From a virus: 64,000 nt of DNA. The notes below the pieces were generated by a model. That model had not been told where the DNA came from. It saw only the letters and a list, made by a program, of their open reading frames with translations, and ran no database searches. This document shows positions 1 to 10,400 of the stretch, piece after piece (the first letter of the stretch is position 1; every line of letters begins with the position of its first letter). The stretch spans positions 137,433 through 201,432 of the IMG/VR virus record IMGVR_UViG_3300049436_000052, one strand, 5' to 3'. A program made the translations under genes and the position numbers.

Positions 1-2
1 TA

Positions 3-332
3 AAATATTATAATGGAACTGAAACATTAAACAGAAATGGAGTATCAACTCAATGGGAAAGTATTGGATTTACTGGATTAACGAATAGTAGTATTGAATA
101 CAAAAATAATTTTTTAGCAACTGATGTTGTAGTTTCAAATCAAGGAATTGCATTAAATGGTGGGTATGTCAATGCTGAAACAAATGGTGCAGATCTTTCT
201 GTAGAATTAAAAAATGCACTATTAATAGGTAGTAAAATTAACGGATATAGAGATGTATTTGTAATTGAAATATTAAATATTGATGGAGCAACTGAAACAT
301 ATAATACATCATTAACTTGGAGAGAAATTTAA
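3..332 (+). CDS. 3' part of a probable virion structural protein (truncated by window edge)
   Basis: My translation of frame 3 is open from 3 to TAA 330-332 (KYYNGTETLNRNG...YNTSLTWREI*). It is Gly/Thr/Asn-rich like the other structural proteins here. Not in the ORF track because it has no start. Confidence 0.7.
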   Translation, partial: KYYNGTETLNRNGVSTQWESIGFTGLTNSSIEYKNNFLATDVVVSNQGIALNGGYVNAETNGADLSVELKNALLIGSKINGYRDVFVIEILNIDGATETYNTSLTWREI

Positions 333-342
333 AAAAAATATT

Positions 343-756
343 ATGAAAGATTTATTAACTGCAATGTTTGGAACATATTCTGGTAGTCAAATGTTAGGAT
401 ATTTATGGTTTTTTATTATTGGATATATAATATATGGACTGAATGAAACGACAGGTAGAGATATTGAATCATCAAATACACCCCGAAAATGGAATTGGAA
501 ATTCTTTTGGAAAGATAATATAAAAAGATATGTTTTAACTTTATTAACAACATATATCATTTTTAGATTTTACACAAATTTGTCAAATCAACCACTAGAC
601 TATTTTAATTGTTTCCTTATTGGTTACATTGGAGATTCTGCTTCTAAATATTTAAAAGATAGGGTTGGTTTTATTCAATCGAATCGTGAAGAATTGATGA
701 AACAACATTTAAATAATGAATTAAATAAAGAGAATCAAGAACAAATAAATCAATAA
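343..756 (+). CDS. Small membrane protein, holin-like
   Basis: 2-3 hydrophobic segments (MLGYLWFFIIGYIIYGL; YVLTLLTTYIIFRF; FNCFLIGYIG) and a charged C-terminal tail. Confidence 0.5.
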   Translation: MKDLLTAMFGTYSGSQMLGYLWFFIIGYIIYGLNETTGRDIESSNTPRKWNWKFFWKDNIKRYVLTLLTTYIIFRFYTNLSNQPLDYFNCFLIGYIGDSASKYLKDRVGFIQSNREELMKQHLNNELNKENQEQINQ

Positions 757-760
757 ACAA

Positions 761-1180
761 ATGAATTATACAACATACGACAGTAATAATTTTTTCATTA
801 AAAAAAATTCAACATATCCTATTCTAAAATACCCTCTAATTCAAAAATTAAGAGAGCAATATGATATAACTGATTCAATGTTAGAAGATTGCGCAGTAAC
901 TTTCTCTATGTTTAGCGATGATACTGGTTTATATAAAATTGCAAATTCTGCCGGAAATTTATTGATTAATTATGATTTAATAAATAATCCTGATGAGGAA
1001 AAATATACACTAACATATAAATTTAATTTATCAAATACCTCAAAATGTGGAAATTATAAAGGCGAATTTGTGATAGATTTTCTGTCTGAAGAATTTGCTT
1101 GCTTTAAATTAAAATTACCTATCAATAGTTATATTAATATTATTGTTTCAGATAGTATAACCAAAACCACAGTAATTTAG
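761..1180 (+). CDS. BppU-N-like (baseplate upper protein) beta-sandwich protein
   Basis: FFIKKNSTYPILK...VTFSM...LTYKF...NTSKCGNYKGEFVIDF...KLPI pattern resembles BppU-N family; recognised by eye. Confidence 0.5.
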   Translation: MNYTTYDSNNFFIKKNSTYPILKYPLIQKLREQYDITDSMLEDCAVTFSMFSDDTGLYKIANSAGNLLINYDLINNPDEEKYTLTYKFNLSNTSKCGNYKGEFVIDFLSEEFACFKLKLPINSYINIIVSDSITKTTVI

Positions 1181-1181
1181 A

Positions 1182-1727
1182 ATGTACGTATTAAATCAAC
1201 ATATCGTTAAAATAATCAAAGAAGAAGTTCAAAAATTTCTTAATCAATATTATTCAAATATTGGAATGTCAATTGAAGATGCTTTCAATTTAATAGATTA
1301 TCATAGTTCTTTTAGAAATTTATATCCTGGTTATGATAAAAATGATAACGAATATGAAGAAGAATTTTATTTTGATTCTAAAGAAATTGCTTATCAAAAT
1401 GTTGATAATATATTAGATATATTTAATTCATTACCAAATCCCATTCCAATATTTAGAACAATTAAGGTTAAATCAATAGATGAAATAAATTATGATTATT
1501 TAGGTGATTCGTGGTCATTTGACAAACAATCTGCTATTGATTTTGCAAATAATCAAGCAGGGGGAAATGTTTTATTATCAGCTAAAACATATTTTGATAA
1601 TGTTGATTGGAAAAATACTATTAGTGCCTATTTTTTATATTCAGATCTTTATAATTCTGAAAGTGAAAATGAAATAACGATTATCGATTCTGATAAACTA
1701 TTTGATGTTACTGCAAATTATCTTTAA
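1182..1727 (+). CDS. Putative ADP-ribosyltransferase-fold protein
   Basis: R-S-E-like triad: IPIFRT, GDSWSFDKQSAIDFA, SENEITI; N-terminal IIKEE leader. Confidence 0.5.
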   Translation: MYVLNQHIVKIIKEEVQKFLNQYYSNIGMSIEDAFNLIDYHSSFRNLYPGYDKNDNEYEEEFYFDSKEIAYQNVDNILDIFNSLPNPIPIFRTIKVKSIDEINYDYLGDSWSFDKQSAIDFANNQAGGNVLLSAKTYFDNVDWKNTISAYFLYSDLYNSESENEITIIDSDKLFDVTANYL

Positions 1728-1806
1728 AAATATTTTTTGTTAATTTTCGTTAAATTATAAAAATATTTGTTAATTTTGTCCAATAGAAATTTTTATAAAA
1801 TTTTAA

Positions 1807-2142
1807 ATGGCAGAAATTAATAAAATCACAAAAGAATTGTTTATAGATACAATAAATGCAATTCAAAAACAATTCGATCACGATGAAAAATGTCATGAAG
1901 CATTTGAAATCATACTTCCTAACGATTTTAATACAGGTTATGATAACAATATAATTGTTTGTCAATTGATAAAACTCCTTGGATTTATGATCAATGATGA
2001 AAGTTCATGGATAGAATATTTTATTTACGACTTAGAATTTGGGAAAAAATATCGTGATGGATGTGTTACTGACCAAGATGGTACTGTGAACATAGATATG
2101 TCAACACCTGAAAAACTTTTCGAATATTTAATGAAAGAATAA
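1807..2142 (+). CDS. Hypothetical protein
   Basis: 111 aa ORF with phage-like composition, collinear with neighbours. Confidence 0.7.
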   Translation: MAEINKITKELFIDTINAIQKQFDHDEKCHEAFEIILPNDFNTGYDNNIIVCQLIKLLGFMINDESSWIEYFIYDLEFGKKYRDGCVTDQDGTVNIDMSTPEKLFEYLMKE

Positions 2143-2160
2143 TAACTTATTTTTAATCTA

Positions 2161-4002
2161 ATGTCTTTCAATCCAGATAAAATAATTCTACTTGTTACTT
2201 GTGAACGCATTTCAAGAAGAAATGCATATTATGTTAAATTTCCATTTAATGAGCAACTTGTTGAAAGAATTAAAGAACTTCCAGAAGAAAATAGAAAATG
2301 GAATCCTACTGAAATTGCATGGGAAGTAAAATCTAGTTCATTGATGTCCTTAATTAGAAAATATAAAGGATCTGAGAAAATTTATTTTGATTTTGGTTCT
2401 GATGACAATAAAAAGAAATTTATTGAACTGGTTAAGAAAGATGAATTAGCTGAACTGGAAAAACAAAAAGCGATTCAAGAACTTGAAATAAAAAAGAAAC
2501 ATTGGGTCGAATATAAAAAATATTTGGAGGAAAATTATGAACAATTTAATGAAATGGTTCATAAGAATTTGAAAGAGGGTGTTAAATTATATCCTCATCA
2601 GATTCAAGCAGTTATGTTTTTTAATGAAATAAGAAGTGGTTTACTTGCTTTAGAAATGGGTACTGGTAAGAGCCTGACTTCCATAGCGTTAGCTGAACTT
2701 AATAAATTTGATAAAGTATTTGTCATAGTTCCCAACTGTTTAAAATTTAACTATTTACATGAATGTGAGCGCTTTACTAAAAATCATTCATATATTATTG
2801 GTTGGAATAAAAATAAATATACAATTGCAGAATCTAAATATATTATAGTTAATTATGATTATTTTAATGGCTCAGATAAAGAAAAAAGAGAAAATAAAAT
2901 AAAGGGTTTTTCTAAAAAAGTTGTTGATAAATTCAATAAATTAGAAATTGGTAAAATTGATTGTTTAATTTTCGATGAATCTCAAAAAATTTCTAACGTA
3001 AAAAGCCAAACTTTTTTAAATATAAAAAAAATATTTACTGATGATATTTTTAGAGATAAAAAAGTTTCTAAAATATATATGTCTGGTTCTCCAGCCCCAA
3101 ATAAAATTGGAAATTTATGGGGACAACTTAACGGTATTTCTCCATTAGATTTTCCAACGAAAACCGGATTTTTAGAAAAATATTGTGGTATGGTTTGGAA
3201 TCCAAACGAAGGTTGGGTTTATGAAGAAGAAAAAACTAGATATGAGGAATTATTTAGAGACATTTCACCATATATGTTTCGAAAAAAGAAAAAAGATGTT
3301 TTAAAAGATCTTCCAGATGTTATTATACAGAAAGTTGTTTTAGAAATGACTCCATCTGAATATCAAATTTATTTACAATTGGAAAGGGGGATTGCTAATG
3401 AATTTATTAATGAAGATGTTTTTAATCCAGCAACTAAATTACTTAGATTAAAACAATATACATCACATTTAAAAACAAAAAACGTTTCTGAATTAATTGA
3501 TATTGTATTAGAAACACCAGATAAATTAGTTATTGTTGATTTTTTTAAAGATGGTTTGTATGATCTTTTTGAAAAATATAAGAATGTTTCAGTTTTGCAT
3601 ACTGGTGATGTGAAAAAAACTGAAGATAGAGATAAGATGATTTATGATTTTCAAAATAATGAAAAAGTTAAAATCTTTTTTGGAAGTTCACAAACAATTT
3701 CAATTGGATTAACATTAACAGCAGCAAATAAAATTGGCGTTTTAACAATCCCTTGGAATTGGGATGATTTAGATCAACAAATTAGTAGGTTACAAAGGTT
3801 GGGGCAAAAAGACACAGTAAACGCATATCTTTTTATTTATAAGGATTCAATAGATGAATATACTTTAAATGTGAGTGAAAATAAAAAAAGAAATAGCTCC
3901 ATCATTATAGACGGTGAGAAATATGTTTCAAATATAGAGAGTGATGTAATTGATGGTGTTATTGGGATAATTAAAGAAAAACATAAAATAATTGAGAAAT
4001 AA
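2161..4002 (+). CDS. SNF2-family helicase with N-terminal HARP-like domain (SMARCAL1-like annealing helicase)
   Basis: N-terminal VKFPFNEQLVERIKEL..RKWNPTEIAWEV; LYPHQ Q-motif; LEMGTGKS Walker A; IFDESQ Walker B; SGSPAPN motif III; QQISRLQRLGQ motif VI. Confidence 0.9.
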   Translation: MSFNPDKIILLVTCERISRRNAYYVKFPFNEQLVERIKELPEENRKWNPTEIAWEVKSSSLMSLIRKYKGSEKIYFDFGSDDNKKKFIELVKKDELAELEKQKAIQELEIKKKHWVEYKKYLEENYEQFNEMVHKNLKEGVKLYPHQIQAVMFFNEIRSGLLALEMGTGKSLTSIALAELNKFDKVFVIVPNCLKFNYLHECERFTKNHSYIIGWNKNKYTIAESKYIIVNYDYFNGSDKEKRENKIKGFSKKVVDKFNKLEIGKIDCLIFDESQKISNVKSQTFLNIKKIFTDDIFRDKKVSKIYMSGSPAPNKIGNLWGQLNGISPLDFPTKTGFLEKYCGMVWNPNEGWVYEEEKTRYEELFRDISPYMFRKKKKDVLKDLPDVIIQKVVLEMTPSEYQIYLQLERGIANEFINEDVFNPATKLLRLKQYTSHLKTKNVSELIDIVLETPDKLVIVDFFKDGLYDLFEKYKNVSVLHTGDVKKTEDRDKMIYDFQNNEKVKIFFGSSQTISIGLTLTAANKIGVLTIPWNWDDLDQQISRLQRLGQKDTVNAYLFIYKDSIDEYTLNVSENKKRNSSIIIDGEKYVSNIESDVIDGVIGIIKEKHKIIEK

Positions 4003-4023
4003 TTAAATTTTTTTAAAATAAAA

Positions 4024-4033
4024 GTATTTATAA
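4024..4033 (+). promoter_or_regulatory. GTATTTATAA motif, putative phage late promoter
   Basis: Same 10-mer recurs 10-40 nt upstream of many start codons; here 18 nt before ATG 4052. Confidence 0.7.
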
Positions 4034-4051
4034 TTAATATCACGTAGTAAC

Positions 4052-4216
4052 ATGAAAAGAGAAAAAATATTAGTAGGAACATTTACAATCAGAATATCTA
4101 ATGAATTATTGGATAAATATAGAATATATTGTGATGAAAAGGGATTATCTTTATCTAAACGTCTACGTCTTTTAATAGAAAAAGATATTGAAAATAAAAT
4201 CGAGATTAAAAAATAG
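4052..4216 (+). CDS. Ribbon-helix-helix DNA-binding protein (54 aa, below ORF-track cutoff)
   Basis: My translation: MKREKILVGTFTIRISNELLDKYRIYCDEKGLSLSKRLRLLIEKDIENKIEIKK*. FTIRI strand followed by helix-G-helix is the RHH/CopG pattern. Confidence 0.8.
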   Translation: MKREKILVGTFTIRISNELLDKYRIYCDEKGLSLSKRLRLLIEKDIENKIEIKK

Positions 4217-4219
4217 TTA

Positions 4220-5824
4220 ATGAGATTAACACAAGAATTTGTTGAACAAAAAATTAATGAAAGGTGTATAGAAAAAAATTATAAACTTGTTGAACCTTTT
4301 ATATATAAAAATTGTTATACTAAATTTAAATTAAAATGTGAAATTGATAATTATGAATGGAGTGTAACTTATACTAATTTTATAAATAAAAAACGAGGTT
4401 GTCCTAAATGTTCTGGAGGATTAAAATTAACACAAAAAGATGCTGAATTTAATGTTAATAAAAGATGTGATGAAATGAACCATACACTTATCGAACCATT
4501 TATATATAAAAATAATAAAACAAAAATTCATTTAAAATGTAATAAAGATAATTATGAATGGTATGTAAAATATGATAATTATATAATTTCAAAAACAGGT
4601 TGTTCTAAATGTTCTGGAAATTTAAATTTAACACAAAAAGATGTAGAATGTATTATTAATGAAAGATGTAATCAAATGAATTATACTATTATTGAACCTT
4701 TTACATATAAAAATAATAAAACAAAAATACATTTAAAATGTAATAAAGATAATCATGAGTGGTATGTGAGTTATAGTAATTTTATTAATTCAAAAAAGGG
4801 TTGTCCTAAATGTTCTGGAGGATTAAAATTAATACAAAAAGATGTAGAAGAAATAATTAATGAAAAATGTAAAGAAAAAAATTATGAATTATTGGAAGAA
4901 TTTATTTATTCGTCTAATACTACTAAAATACATTTAAAATGTAATAAAGATAATTATGAGTGGCATGTATCATATAATAATTTCATTAATAATGATCAGG
5001 GTTGTCCAAAGTGTGGTGGAAATGCAAAACTTACACAAGAATATGTTGAAACTTGTATTTTAAAAAAATGTCAAGAAAGGGGATATCAATTAGTAGAATC
5101 ATTTAATTATTTAAATTCTAAATCTAAATTTTATTTAAAATGTAATATTTGTAATCATTATTGGCATACCACATATAGTCGATTTATTACTCAAGATCAT
5201 AATTGTTATATTTGTGGACATAAATTTAATTTAATAAATGAGGAAGTTGTAAAAGAAAATATATTAAATAAATGTAAAAAAGATAATTTAATGTTGATTA
5301 ATGATTTTAAATATGTGGGTAGGGAAAAAACAAAAATTTCTTTAAAGTCAAATATATGTGGACATGTTTGGACTACTACATACTCATGTTTAATTTATTA
5401 TGATACAGGTTGTCCTAAATGTAGAGGTGAAAGAATAATTCAAAGTATGATTAAAAAATATGGTGAAATTTGGTTAAAACACATACCCAAATTTAATCCA
5501 AATTCAATAATATATTTAGATCTAATCTCTGAAAAATTGAGACTAACAATTCAACACGCTCTTAATGGTGGTGAAAAGAAATTTGTTAGATATTGGGTGG
5601 ATGGATATATCGAAAAATATAATATTTGTATTGAATGGCATGAAAAACATCATAATTGGAATAGATATAAGAAAAGTGATGTGAAAAAAGAAAAATATAT
5701 AAAAGAAAACTTTCATTGTCATTATATCATTATTTGGGAAAAAGAATTTCTAAAAGATGTTGAAAATCAAATAAACTTAGTTGTTGAAAAAATAAATAAA
5801 ATAATTGATAATATAAAAAACTAA
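4220..5824 (+). CDS. Zinc-ribbon repeat protein with C-terminal PD-(D/E)XK/Vsr-like endonuclease (putative free-standing homing endonuclease)
   Basis: Six 67-aa repeats ending G/NCxxC; C-terminal QHALNGGE..YWVDGY..NICIEWHEKHH nuclease motif. Confidence 0.8.
   Translation: MRLTQEFVEQKINERCIEKNYKLVEPFIYKNCYTKFKLKCEIDNYEWSVTYTNFINKKRGCPKCSGGLKLTQKDAEFNVNKRCDEMNHTLIEPFIYKNNKTKIHLKCNKDNYEWYVKYDNYIISKTGCSKCSGNLNLTQKDVECIINERCNQMNYTIIEPFTYKNNKTKIHLKCNKDNHEWYVSYSNFINSKKGCPKCSGGLKLIQKDVEEIINEKCKEKNYELLEEFIYSSNTTKIHLKCNKDNYEWHVSYNNFINNDQGCPKCGGNAKLTQEYVETCILKKCQERGYQLVESFNYLNSKSKFYLKCNICNHYWHTTYSRFITQDHNCYICGHKFNLINEEVVKENILNKCKKDNLMLINDFKYVGREKTKISLKSNICGHVWTTTYSCLIYYDTGCPKCRGERIIQSMIKKYGEIWLKHIPKFNPNSIIYLDLISEKLRLTIQHALNGGEKKFVRYWVDGYIEKYNICIEWHEKHHNWNRYKKSDVKKEKYIKENFHCHYIIIWEKEFLKDVENQINLVVEKINKIIDNIKN
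4223..5428 (+). repeat. Six tandem 201-bp coding repeats
   Basis: Units start at 4223, 4424, 4625, 4826, 5027, 5228; a 34-nt identical block lies at 4397-4430 and 4799-4832. Confidence 0.9.
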
Positions 5825-6750
5825 TGGATTTTAATACATATATTTTATTGAATGAATCAAAAGGAATTCCTTTGATTGTAAAAGATTTAACAAATAATGT
5901 TATAGATAATTTTCTTAAAAATCCAGAAGAGTTTCTTTTTGAAAAGCAAAAAGATCGTGATATTTATTCAATAATTATATCTGGTAATAATGTTGAAAAG
6001 CCTTTTTTTAGTAAATTATATGTTTACATTACAATATTTAAAGATTTGAATAAAGATTCTTATTATAAATACGATTTGAGCAAATGGAATGAAAATTTAA
6101 AGATTTTTGACAAAGTTATGATTGAAATTAATATTACTAATGATGAAATTGATGAGTTGAAAGATTATTTAACCCATGAATTAATTCATGCTTATGAAGA
6201 TTATAATAGAAAGTTAAATACAAATAAAGGATTTTCTGATTTAGAAAAAAATACATTTTCACTTGAAACTCCAGAACAACAAACAGCTAAAGAAAATTTT
6301 GGCAATAATGATAAATTAAATTTGTTGTATCATTATACATATTATTTATTACATCCAGAAAGAAGGGCGAATATTGGTGCAGTTTATTTCGAATTAAAAA
6401 AATATAAACTAACTAAAGAAGATATAGATAATGGTGATTATAAAAAACTTTTTTACTATAAGTTATATCAAAAAATTAATGATGGGATTTCAAATCTAGT
6501 AAATTCTTTAAACGATGAAGAAATAAAATTATTTGGAGAATATATTAAAAAATCCTCAATCAAAAACCTATATTCAGATAATGTAAATCTTTTTAAACGT
6601 AGATTAATCGATTACATGAAAAAAAGATCTGAAGAAACTTTATATAAAATGAGAAAAATTACATATGAATATCTTTCTGATAATAATTTAATGGAAAATA
6701 ATAGTTTTGAAAATGAAAGAAAAAAATTATTAAAATTAATGGGAATTTAG
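5824..6750 (+). CDS. Zincin-like metallopeptidase (HExxH)
   Basis: LTHELIHAYED motif, downstream PERRAN glutamate; N-terminal MDFNTYILLNES leader. Confidence 0.65.
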   Translation: MDFNTYILLNESKGIPLIVKDLTNNVIDNFLKNPEEFLFEKQKDRDIYSIIISGNNVEKPFFSKLYVYITIFKDLNKDSYYKYDLSKWNENLKIFDKVMIEINITNDEIDELKDYLTHELIHAYEDYNRKLNTNKGFSDLEKNTFSLETPEQQTAKENFGNNDKLNLLYHYTYYLLHPERRANIGAVYFELKKYKLTKEDIDNGDYKKLFYYKLYQKINDGISNLVNSLNDEEIKLFGEYIKKSSIKNLYSDNVNLFKRRLIDYMKKRSEETLYKMRKITYEYLSDNNLMENNSFENERKKLLKLMGI

Positions 6751-6783
6751 AAGAAAAATAATATCAACTAAAATCTAACGAAT

Positions 6784-7149
6784 ATGGCTAGTGAATATCA
6801 ATATAATGTAAATCCTTTTCAAAATTATTTATTACAATTAATAGAAAATGGAATTGATATATCAGATAGAGAAATAAAGGGAGAAATTTATGAAACAATT
6901 TCAGCAATATTAGAAGATTTCCTATTGAATGATAACGATACTAAGTTTCTTGATTTTGAAATAGATTCGGATGGAGATGAATTTTATTGGGTTAAAGGAC
7001 GTAATTTAATTTCAAGTCTTTGGCTCAGTGGAATATTTCCAGAATTTCCACAATCACTTCAAAATGAAATAGAATATCAACATGAAAATAAAAAATATTT
7101 CTTCAACAAAAAAAGGAATGAGTTGATTATTGAAGAACTAAAAAAATAG
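6784..7149 (+). CDS. Hypothetical protein
   Basis: 121 aa acidic ORF, collinear. Confidence 0.7.
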   Translation: MASEYQYNVNPFQNYLLQLIENGIDISDREIKGEIYETISAILEDFLLNDNDTKFLDFEIDSDGDEFYWVKGRNLISSLWLSGIFPEFPQSLQNEIEYQHENKKYFFNKKRNELIIEELKK

Positions 7150-7177
7150 AAAATATTAATCTTCAAATTTTAATAAA

Positions 7178-7456
7178 ATGAATTGGAAAAAAGGATCAGT
7201 CTATAGTGATGAAAAAATGAAAATTTTTTCAGATTATAGTATTATTAATAATGGTAATACAAAAAAATTAGTTTGCAAAGTTTCTAAAAAACATCCTGAT
7301 TTTGAAAAGAATATTAAACTTATAGAAGCTGCACCAGAACTGTTGGATATTTGTAATCAAATAGTTAAAAAGTGCAAAAATCGATATGCTGGAAAGCGAG
7401 AAAAAATTGAATTTATATATGATATTTGTAGTGAAATTATAAAAAGATTAATGTAA
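7178..7456 (+). CDS. Hypothetical phage protein
   Basis: Contains NIKLIEAAPELL, a variant of the common phage 'NAxLIAAAPELL' motif; TAATG coupling to the polymerase. Confidence 0.7.
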   Translation: MNWKKGSVYSDEKMKIFSDYSIINNGNTKKLVCKVSKKHPDFEKNIKLIEAAPELLDICNQIVKKCKNRYAGKREKIEFIYDICSEIIKRLM

Positions 7457-10400
7457 TGGATAAAATAAAAGTATTATCAGAGATTAAATCCTTTTTAGAA
7501 GGTTATAATAATGATTTGAAATATATTGTGAATGTTGAGGGTGATCCTGGGGTGAATTATTGTGAATGTGTAATTGCAGAACCTAATAAACCACCTAGAG
7601 TTCAAAAAATTCAATACGAACCGTTTGTTTATATTAGAGATTTAAAAAAATATGATCGTGAATTGTATAAATTTAGTTCAAAAGAATTTATTGATAGTAA
7701 AAGAAAAAAACATGGAATAACTGTAACTAAATTAGAAACAGGTGGTTTTAGAAGGCTAATTAATGGCTATTTATATAGGGTGAGTAGTTCAAAATCTTTT
7801 AATGATATAATTACTTATTTTCGAGATGGTGGTGTTGATTTATATCAAAAAGCTGTTGATGAAGATGGTAATTTAATAAGAAATGCTAAAGGTGACATTA
7901 CTTATTCAAATAGAGAATTATTCTTTTCATTAAAAATCACAGAACAATTTTTAATTTCAACACAATCAAGACTATATAAAGGATTTGAAGAATATAAACA
8001 AATTACTAAATTAACATTTGATATTGAAACAACAGGATTAAGATATGAAATATGTAGGGTTTTTGCAATTGGTGTAAGAACAAATCGAAATTTTGAAACA
8101 ATTCTTGAAGTTGAAAAAGAAAATGATGATGATGCAGAAGCTAAATTAATTTTAGAATTTTTAAATTTGATCAGATATTTAGAACCGGCAATAGTGTTGG
8201 GACATAATATTGAATGGTTTGACTTTGATTTTATTTTAGGAAGGGCAAAAATATTGAAGTTAGATGTAAGTGATGTTATAATTTCAAATTTTAGACCAAC
8301 TGCTAGAATAAAAAGAAGAGGAAATGTTTCAGTAAAATATGGAAGTACCGCAGACAGATATACAGCTACTGAAATTTGGGGAGTTTCAGTGATAGATACA
8401 ATTCACGCAGCAAAAAAAACAGCAGCAGTGAATACTGAGATAAAATCTAGTGGATTAAAATATTTAGCAAAACATGAAAAAATTGCAAGAGAAAATAGGA
8501 TTTATATTAGTGGCGAAGATGATGGTATTGGTAAGTATTATAATGAAAATAAACTTTTTTTAATCGATAATAAAAATACTTATATTGAAATACCTGATGA
8601 ATATCAGGGAATTTCTAATAAATTATATAATTTACAAAAAATTAAAACAAAAGTTAGTGATGTTGATTATAATACTCAAAAAGTTATTTTAATTAAAGAA
8701 AATCCATTATTTATTAAATGGTATAAAGAAAATGCATTAAATAAAGGTTTAATTAATTTTATAGGTGGAAAAGATTTGGTTAAAAGATATTTATTGGATG
8801 ACTTATACGAAACAGAACAAATAGATGAATTATATAATCAATCATCATTTATGTTGGCAAAAATTGTTCCAACCACCTATCAAAAAATTTGTACAATGGG
8901 AACAGCAGCAATCTGGAACTTATTAATGATTGCATGGAGTTATGAAAACAATATTGCTATTCCAGAATCAGATGTAGTAGAGAATTTTCCAGGTGGACTT
9001 GCCCGTTGTTTCAAAACAGGTTATTCAGAAAGAATAATAAAGATTGACTATGCTTCACTATACCCATCAATACAACTAACAGAAGATGTATTTCCAATTT
9101 TTGATATTACGTCTGTTTTGAAAAAAATGTTGTTATATTTAACAACAACAAGAAACATTTACAAAAAAATGGGGAATGGTGATAAATTAAATAATAATGA
9201 AGTTGTTTTATTAAAAGAAATTGATCCCGAAATTTATGATCGTTACTTAAATAACTCTTTAACTGCAACAGATATTTCAATGTTTAAAATTAAACAATTA
9301 CCTATTAAAATTTTAAACAATTCATTATATGGTGCATTAGGTTCAAATATTTCATTTAACTGGTCTGATAATATATGTGCAAATAGAATTACATGTGCAG
9401 GTAGATTACATTTACGACATGCAATAAATTGGTTTAGTAGATATAATTGTGTTGCATTATTAGCAGTTACGGATGGTGTTAATTTTAATTATCCTGTTAA
9501 AACAAAAATAAAATTTGAAAATGATAATGAAACAATAGAATCAAATGAAGATCTTATTGAAAATATGTGGAAATATGATGATAAGGTTGGTATGTCTGCA
9601 TTGATTGAAAAATTTAATAAAGAAATTGAAAGATTCAATATAAGTTTAGGTAAAGAAAATTATATAAGTGTTGATGATGATGGAAAATCAGTATCTTGTC
9701 TAAATTTATCACGTATAAACTATGCTACATTATCGTTAAAAACTGATAAAAAAACAGGAGAAGAAAAAGAAAAGGTTAAACTTGTTGGTAATACGGTGAA
9801 ATCAAAAACGATGCCAGAGTATATTGAAGAATTCATTGATAATGGATTAGACTTGATTTTACACGGAAAAGGAAAAGAATTTGTAGATTATTATTATAAC
9901 TATGTTGAAAACATTAGATATATGCAAATTCCTTTGAAAAAAATTGCAAGTAAAAGTAAAGTAAAAACAACTATTGCAGCATATAAAAAACGTGGAAAAG
10001 ATAAAAATGGTAGAGATAAAGGAATGCAAGCATATATGGAGTTGTTAATAGAACAAAGAGAATTAATTGCAGAAGAATTATTTGAAAAACACAAAGATTC
10101 GTTAGATTTAAGCAAAGTAAAAAAAGAATTGACTATAAATGATAAGATGAAATTGATTAGTGATTATATGCCTCCAGAACCAGAATTAGATACTGTTGTT
10201 TATTACATCAACATTTCAAATAAAAAATCACATGGGGATTCTCACAAAATAAAAGATCGTGAAACAGGTAAAGAAAGATATTGTTCTGCTCTAATTTCAA
10301 AGGAAGATTTATTAAATAATCCTGATATGAAAGGAACATATAATTATGAAAAATATTTAGATGCATTTAATAAAAGAGTTGAATTGATTTTAGCTGGATT

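Noticed and set aside
4223-5428. Regular repeats as a CRISPR array
   Set aside because: The period is 201 bp, in frame and degenerate across the whole unit; these are coding zinc-ribbon repeats with no repeat-spacer structure
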